From Phoronis australis (Eukaryota; Animalia; Phoronida), in contig NMRA01000336.1 in assembly GCA_002633005.1 (NCBI GenBank), positions 301,056-365,055 of the forward strand: a stretch of 64,000 nt of DNA, written 5' to 3'. The position numbers and the translations under genes are program-made. Shown here one piece after another: positions 39,601 to 48,600 of this stretch. The notes beneath the pieces were generated by a model that was not told the DNA's origin, made no database searches, and worked only from the letters and a program-made list of their open reading frames with translations. The stretch's first letter is position 1. The number at the start of each line of letters is the position of its first letter.

Positions 39601-42600
39601 CAGAGGCGTACGTGACTGGCCCCGGTTAGACTGCCAGTTCGGAGATTAATCTTAGACGGCATTTACAACAGTTTTTCAGTAACATGCAGATGATACTACT
39701 TTGTCTGTTGTGGCAAACTCGCTGATGGCTGTAGAGGGCAGACTCCAGTCTGATCTGGATAGGGTTGCTACCTGGTGTACTGATAATAAAATGGTAATTA
39801 ATGCTGATAAAACAAAATGTACGAGTATTGCCACAGAGCAACGGCATAGTAGAAGTAATCTTGAGCTTAACCTTGCTATTTCCAATGTACGCCTCAAATA
39901 TGTTGACAGTGAAAAGTTATTAGGTGTTACTGTAGACAAGACCCTCAGCTGGTCTAGCCATATAAATGGGACTGTGTCCAAAATTAGGCAGCGCCTTGGT
40001 CTTCTCCGGTGTATATCACCATTTCTTCCCACAGAAGGGCGTCTGCAATATTTCAGCGCTTGTGTATTCCCTCTGTTTGTTTATTGTAGTACTCTGTGGT
40101 GCAAAATTAGTTTCCTCTTTATTGATCGAAGGCTCAAAAGCAGGTGGCCAGACTTGTTCTAGGTGTGCCTTTTGACACTCCGTCAACCCATATGTTTAAA
40201 CAGACTGGGGTGGCTCCCTATCGACTAGTATTTTATATATAGGCGTCTGTGTATGATGCATAGGTGCTTTCACGGTAATGTACCGACTTATCTATCTCAT
40301 AATCTTGTACTTGTTCGAAATAGCCACCAGATTAGGACAAGATTTTCTGCCTCAAACAATTTGGTTTTGCCCAGACACAGAACATCGTTTTATTCTAAGT
40401 CCTTCTTTATTCAGACCATTAAACAGTGGAACAGTTTGCCTAATAATCTTAAGGATGCTGATTGTTATGATAATTTCAGACACCACCTCATCAGTTACCT
40501 GTGGTCGTCATAGATGTCCCTCCTTCTTGTCTTTCCAATATATTTATTTATCTTTAATTGAATTTGTTTTATCCAATTTGTAAATATTATTTTATTTTAT
40601 TTAATGTATCTTATTGTATCTTAATTTAACCTGTTTAATCTGTTTATCTAACTTAATTTAATTAATTTAATTTCTTGCTGCGGAGTACCATGCTGGATGT
40701 TAGCCTTTGGCTAAAGCATGTTTTACATTTATTATATTTTTATCCTCTTTAAATAAAGTTTATTATTATTATTATTATTATTATAACATTTACATTGATT
40801 AAGAAACGCAAGCGCCTGTGCGATAGGCCTACTGCCTAACACAGAAATCGCGAGCCACCATATTTACAAAAGCGCTGTCTACCGAGCAAAAGAATAGAAG
40901 TGATCAGAACTTCTTTCGCGCAGGCAAATGTACTCCATATGAGTAAGATAATACACGCAGTGTTGGCTTGCGTAGTAAATGGTGTTTGGAGTCTCAAAAT
41001 TGTAAGCCTGTTGATGACGTCATGTATGTTATCTACCTGCCCACAGGCGGTGCAGCGATTAATGGGAGTTAAATTGCCAGTTGAAATGCATTTTCTACTT
41101 GATGTACATAATTTCATCTACCCGTTATTTAGTGAATTCCCGCAGATCGCGCAGCGATTATAGTGGGAACTGTTGAATTAGTTGAAATGCTTGTTTGATG
41201 TGTCTTAAGTTGTGAGCCTGGTAACCTTGTGCTGGTGTCATGTACGTTATCTGTCTGCCTGCAGGTGGCGCAGCGATTAGGGGGAATAGTTGAATTAGTT
41301 TAAATGCAGTGTCCTGTGTCTCTCAAATAGCGGAGTTGCAATGCCGCCATATTGGAAATGGGTCAGAATGTTGCATTGTGGTTAAGCCGGTAAACAAGTA
41401 CGTCGGCAAGCGAGGGGGCGAACCGGCCACAGGGAGGTTATACGTGTTGTGTGCCTGGCATGCTATAATACCAGTTAGCGAAATCAAAAATTTAGTTACT
41501 ACCTGTTTCCCAAGGATCAAGAACTGCGTTAAACATGGGTCAGAGACTTCGGTAGAGCTGGTAGCAAAGGCCGACTTCGTGAATTCTTTTCGACTTCGTA
41601 GCATAAAGTATGCAGCGCTCATTTTGAGGGCGGCAAGAAAACGTATCTTAGAAACTGCCCAACAATATCTCCCTTCAAAGAAACAGTAAAAAATACTCCA
41701 CGGCGGTTGGTAGTGAAAAAAAAAACTTGTTTTCGCTTGACCAGAACCAAGCCAACATGAGCGATTTTGAGGATAATGCCTCCACACAATCACCTATTCT
41801 GGGTCGACTCACTTAACGTATGCACACTATATGTATTACGCGCTCAGATAAAGCGTGCAGAATATTTTATTTACTTTCTACAAAATTGTGGTGCATTGCT
41901 ATCAAAATCCGTTGTTAAATTGCGATCATTTTTCATAATATTGTGTTGAAGTTTCAGGGCGAAATCTTGCCGACAAATGCGTAGCTGCTGGTCTCGCAAT
42001 CGTCGATAGGGCTTGAATTCTTAACTAAGAATACAGCTTTGACTCAACAAATTACCTGAAATCCTCCTCAAGTTTTCCAAATAGCGTCTCTAAGATTTTT
42101 AAGTTTTTGTGAAGTCTGGATTAACTGCAGATTAAGTCCAAATCTGCGCTAGATTGTAGCACGCAACCCGAGAAAAATCTCTGTGGGAACACATGTTGTT
42201 GTCACGTGACGTTTGTTTTGAAGTTTGTATGCGTGTGTGTGAGAGTAAGCGTGCGTGTGCTTGTCAGAGTTCATTTGCCAGAGTAATGTAATGATCTAGG
42301 TGTGCATTGTATCCAAAAAAAAAAAAAATAAAAATAAGTCAAACAGTCAAGCAGAGCGTGTTTTAATATTTACGGCTTAGCACTTGCTGGCCTCATCTGC
42401 TAAAAACGTTCGAGAATTTTTTCGGTAAGACCGACATGTCACTCATTGAGTCGCCGGGTGAGTGGATGCGTGACCGTAGTGTAACAGCTATTTCCCGGAA
42501 GATTTGGGGTGTAAGGGTGCGAAGTGGGTCATTTTGACCTTAAAAACACCAATTATGATTAGTTAAATAATTTCTCTTAAAAATAATGCAGAAGCTTTTT

Positions 42601-45600
42601 ACGGTATTGGAAACTTTCGGAAATTAGTGCCAATATTTATTTGCCGATGCTATGTTACCCGATTAATCTTCGATGACAGTCGGTACATTATGCAGCGCGC
42701 GCTTCTTGGTCGCGTGCTAACACTGGTCGAGTTTTTTTTTTTAGTCTTCGATTCACGGTTTTCACATGCACAAAGAAGTTTGAGGCCGGAGAAGATCTGT
42801 ACTGGAAAGAAACAATGCAATCCCGCTCTTTGACAAGTACGCTGTGTCTGTTTTCAAAGTCCAGACCCGCGTAGTGGGGCACATCCCTCGCAAGAGCAGC
42901 AAAACTTCTGCGTTCTTTTTGAATCGCGGCGTAAGTTTGAAGTGTATACGGACATAACGGTGAGGCTCGTGGTCCGTTACAAATTCAGGCTGTCGGATCT
43001 TTCAATTGATAAATTGGAGACGTTAGAACTGTAGGTAAGGGCATTTTTCGCATGTAGTTCATGGGCTGGGCGCTTACTTTAGCAAAGTCTGAAAACGCGT
43101 TGGGGCACTTGTTGAGCCATGGGCGCTAATTAGGGCGAATAGCGGCAGAATTACATACAGCAGCGTAGTTTAATGCACACAAATCACACGTCGTGCAAAC
43201 CAATCGGCCATTCCATTTACCATTATCAATCCCAATAGCCTTTGCGCACCCTAATTTCCGGACATGCGCAATCGTTAAATCGATTCGGTTGCAACTCCGC
43301 TATTGGGAGCCTGTTGCTGATGTCACGTTTGTTTTCAGCCTGTCCCTTCAGGTAGCGCAGCGATTAGTGAGAATAGTTGAATTAGTTGAAATGCGTGTTA
43401 GGAGTCTCTAAAATTGTTACCCTGATGATGTCATGTACGTTGTCTACCTGCCCACAGGTGCCGCAGCCATTATTGGGAATATTTGATTTATTTGAAATGG
43501 GTTTTCTACTTGTTCTACCTAACTGTGTGTCTCAAGTTGTGAGCCGCGGTTGCTGACATCATATAAGTTATGTACCAGCTCACAAATGGCACCGTGATTA
43601 GTAGGTATAGTTGAATTAGTTGAAATGTGTGTCTTGTGTCTCTAAAGTTGAGAAACTCTATCTTACGTCTTTATCTGTATGTGGTGTAGAGGTAGCTTGA
43701 AGTATATCAATTTCTGGAAACTTAACACTGACGTCTTATATATCATTTACCTGTGAATGAAGTCACTGTTTCAGCTTTCTTTGCACTGACATGCTTTAGC
43801 GCCTCCTATATCCAATATTTATAACAGTAAGAGAAAAGCAACATAAGATGCGCTGCAATTAGTTGAATTTCAGCTTCCTATTAATCAATTAGTAGGTCCC
43901 TACCAAAGATTCTGACATGATTCACTCTACCAGGTGGAGCAGCTACTGGTTTTTATAATGCAACTAACACTGTGTGTGATCACTATTTCCCCTCAAGATG
44001 GAACAAGCAACCAATTTACCTGGTTTTTCTGCACCAACATATTTATATGTGGAGACATTATGCCATCATTTCTGTCTGGCCGGTATCCATCCGACGTCTG
44101 CTGCTCTATCTCTTAGTTTTTTATGTTTGCCTCTCTATCTTCAAAGGTCTTCAACGTATTTTCATAAAATTTGGCATAGTGAGATGAAGGTATCCTCCTG
44201 TTTTCAGACGGATTCGATGTAGTTTGTGCTACCTAGCAGCCATTTTTACTGTTTCTTTATTGTTTTTTGATAGTGCCAATTTTTAATTTTTTACGTTTAC
44301 TGTTTTCGCCTTAATAAGCACTCCCACGCATTTTCAGACTTTGCTAAAATAAGTGCCCTGTTCATGAACGCCGCATGCCAAAAATTCCTTACATACAATT
44401 CTTTAATACTACAGTAACGTCTTCAATTTATCAATAAGATCGACAGTCCTGAAAATATCATTGTGTACAGAATTTGTAGACTACAAGCCTCACCGTTATG
44501 TTGGTATTTAGCCGGGACTATACACTTCAAACTTCCGCCGTCTTCAAAAAGAACGCAAGTTTTGCTGATCTTGCGAGAGATGTGTCCTACTATGGTCTGT
44601 CCTTTCAGAACAGATGCAGCGTACTTGTCAAAGGTATTGTATTGTGTCTTTCCCGTACATATCTTCCCCCTCAACAGGAATCCAAATCTCTTTGTACAAG
44701 TGAAAACCGCGAATCGAAGACTAATAAAAACTTGACCTTTGTTCAGTTCAAAGCATGTGGCTAGGAAGCGCGTGCTACATTCAAGAATTAAATACTGGCA
44801 CTTATTTGCGAAAGTTTCTAATACTGTAAAAAAATGTGTTAATTTTATAGGGGAATTGTTAAATTAGTTGTAATTGGTGTTTTTAAAGTCAAAATGACCC
44901 ATTGATGGAAACACTTCCGCACCCTTACACGCCCCAAATCTCCCGAAAAATAACTGTTCGCATCCAGTCACCCAGCGACTCAATGACATCGGCCTTACCG
45001 AGACAATTCTCAACAAGTGCTAAATAAAACACGTTCTGCTTTACTGCTTGTGTTAATTTCCTTAGTTACAATGCACACCTAGATCGTTACATCACATTTA
45101 CTCTGGCAAATACTCTGACGACACATACGCACTTGCTCTCTCACACAATATGCAGACGAACTTCAGAACAAACGTCAAGTGACAACAACGTGTGTTCGGC
45201 CAGAGATTTTTCTCGTGTTGCGGAGTACGATCTTGCATAGATTTGGACTTAGTATGCAGTTAATCATGTGTGCACCCAGGGTGGGCTCAAGGGGCTCGAA
45301 TGAGCCCCCCCATTTGGCGAAATGGGAAAAGTTTATGTCCTCCCCTGAGAGGCCAAAATCCGACAAAATGGAACAAAAGTCCCTAAATAAGCGCAATTCG
45401 CAGTGGTGCTTTGGTTTTTTTAGTCCGTCCGCTCTTTTGTTACCAAAAGGTCCACAATGTCAAAAATTCGAGGCCCCCCCATGGTAGTGAAGGCTGGGTG
45501 CACGCATGTTAATCCCGACTCTACAGGAACCGAAAAATCTTACGCATGCTATTTTGAAAACTTAAGGACTGCAGGTAATTTGTTGAGTCGAAACTGTATT

Positions 45601-48600
45601 TTTACTCAAGAATTCAAGTTGACCTATCAACGATCACAAGGCAGCGACGTATCAGTCAGCGTGTTTTCGCACTGGAATTTTCTGAAAAATGCTTGTTAGT
45701 TAACAACAATGTTTGATAGCAATGCACTCCAATTTTGTAAAAAATCTGTCGTAGGTTACAGATGCATCACAGAGTGTAAATTTGATGAATTCTTGCTTAC
45801 GATTTCACTTGTTTCGGAGACTGGGTTTCAACCACTTTTGGGACATAATAAGCACCCCCCTTCCTGAAGCTAATCTTTCTAAGTGCCCTGGGTGCTTAGT
45901 AGGGCAAATACTGTATCTTCAAAAGTCCTCAACGTATTTGCATTAAATTTGGAATATATAGGAATCATTTTTGCTGTTTTCGAGTGTTTTATTGCCGTCC
46001 ACCCCTATATCAACCAAACCATTCTAAGGATGATTTTAAAAATTGGTGTTTGTAGTGAAGAGGGTGGTTGACGATGACAACTTTGGCTACTGTGGTGCCT
46101 CCTAGTGGTACTTCTGTTTTGTTTTGTACCCATATCTGTATCTCCTAAGCCCATAGCAGGATCTTTATTAAAGTTATTAAGTGTATTTATATGAAGCTAA
46201 CAACAGACGACAACAACTTTCAGGCAGATCCAACAAACGTTGTGCCCGTTAATGGCATTTCATTTTTCATTTTCCTTTGTTTCTCTGAGATTCCTTGACA
46301 GACTTGTATAAACTGGTAAATAGCTTTCTATTAATGAAGGTATGGCTTGATTCAATTTTCTAACGAATTGGATGTTTTTGTGCCATCTAGTGGTCATTTG
46401 GACCACGTTAACGTTGCGATCGTGGGTGCATTTCAACGCTTCGTGTTGCTCTTGTTTAACCATTTCTGAATACCACAGGGTAGCATGTGCTTTGCAACTT
46501 TTGTTGATTGTCATCCAAGTAAGGTTTACACCTAACTAGTTGGTCGACATCCTTGTAACATTCTGATATAGCTCTCACTCTCTGTCTCTCCTTTGACCCG
46601 ATTCCTACACCCCAAAATTGAATTTTGAAATAAAACTGTTCTTCACATAATTGTCAGTTCAGATGCCTTTCAAAATTTGGAGTCATGAAACATTAATTCG
46701 TTTTAGGAGGAATTTTTAAACACCAATAACTTGCATTATCTTCGAACCGAGGAGGAGTTCCGAGCACCATTTGATGACCCAAACTCTGCTGTGTACAAGA
46801 TGGGTCTACGACTGATATCGTGCAAAATTAAATATGTTCTTTGCCCTCAGCACGAGAGGTGGATTAGAGAAGAAAAGAAAGGTAAGACGATATTGCGTAT
46901 CAACTTATTACTGCAAAAACAATCAAAGAGGCCTCAGCTGGTTCTGATTATCACACTGTGTAAATGAAAATCTGGCAGCTGAATCCCCGGAAGTTTCCCA
47001 CGCACAACTTGCAGCTTGTAATGTACAATAATGCATTACGGGAGAACATAAAGGAACTATATTACTAGTAGTAACTGTTAGCGGGCAAACTATGTCAATG
47101 TTATTTAAGTATATTTCAAAACATCTGTTAAACGATAAATAACGATATAACTGCATATCGCTCGATACGTGGGGATATTTTAATATGTTTTAGTACCGAC
47201 GCTCATCATTTTAGTTTTACTAGTTTTACTATGTTATATTTTATTCGTCGGCTACTGCACGGCATTGCAACATCTATTTGATAAATAACAAGATTAGTAA
47301 CATTGGTTCTGACAACCACATCAAGTATGCTTCCAATCTGCGCTAATTTCAAAGACTGTCATGAAAAAGACGGCCTGTATGTCGTTTCTCAGTAATACAC
47401 TAAGGCTGATTTTAGTTGGATGCTGACACTACAACGCATTATTTTCACTACAAAATACCACTGTATCGAAACTTAACACCTTTAGATGAAGTCAGACAAT
47501 GGTCAAGTTAAGATTATGTAGGGACTTATGGACAAGTCTGCGCATTTAACAAAATATCTAGAAAAGTACAAATTTCAATTCAGTGAAGTTTTTTTCTAAG
47601 AGTAGAAAGGCTCCAAAATTTGATTTTTGACTTTTTAGGTAACTGTTATTAATTGAGTCACGTGACCATATCTTTTTAGTAAAATTTAGCAAAAAAGAAG
47701 GGAACATTGGAACCACTGGAAAGAATTGGTTTACTAAAAGAAACCCAATCACAGCGGTGAAAGATGTACTGCTACCTATAAAGAAACTAAACAGCGTAAC
47801 AAGTAAATGAAATACAACAACCAATGACAAAAATGATGCACGGCATCAACACTCTCTCCGAAAGCAATGGCTGATTGCTTCAGGATATTTACTTCTGAAC
47901 TAAAGGAAAGGAAGCAACAAAATACACTTAGCTATGGGTTGACGATAGATCCCTGACTAAGTCTTCACATGAACGCTTTGAACCAAGCCCTTGGAATCTA
48001 CCTCTGAAACGGTCACCAGACCCATTTGCCATGAATTCCTTGGTGAATTATCATCTCTCAGCAGTACAACATCACCAACTTGGAGGCTTCGCCTAGGGTA
48101 ATGCCATTTCTGACGAGCCTGAAGCATCACTAAGTACTCCTTGCGCCTTCTAACCCAGAACTGCTCAGCTAAATACTGTTTTCGACTGTACAAGTCCGCT
48201 GGCTCGAACACACCAGGTGGCGTAATAGTCGAAGTCTTCAGGGTGAGCAAATGATTTGGGGTGAGCGGCTGTAAATCTGTAGGATCCAAAGAGACAGTCG
48301 TAAAAGGCCTCGAATTGATGATACTTTCAACTTCGCAAAACAATGTCCGCAGTATCTCGTCGTTACAGTATGGCTACCCAAATCTCTCAACAATACTGAC
48401 AGCACCCAGCGAATTGAGCGAATTTGCCATTCCCAGACGCCGCCAATATGGCTTGTAGCCGGAGGGTTGAAATGCCAACGCATACCATCCTTTAAAAGCA
48501 CATCACTCACCACTTTCTGGTTAATTTCCTTGATGGCCTCACGTAATTCTCTCTCAGCACCGACGAAATTTGTACCATTGTCGCTCCACATCTCTCTGAT

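Larger units (their letters stand above)
40960..43700 (+). repeat. ~110-120-bp tandem repeat array split by the THAP element (one more unit at ~35495-35645)
   Basis: Units caggtggcgcagcgattagtgggaatagttgaattagttgaaatg at 40960-41326 and 43304-43700. Confidence 0.8.
44030..46457 (+). mobile_element. HINE-like element interrupted by the HIRAN element
   Basis: 5' hairpin and cgtc tract at ~44030-44100; 3' gtgggtgcatttcaacgcttcgtgttgctcttgtt. Confidence 0.8.
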
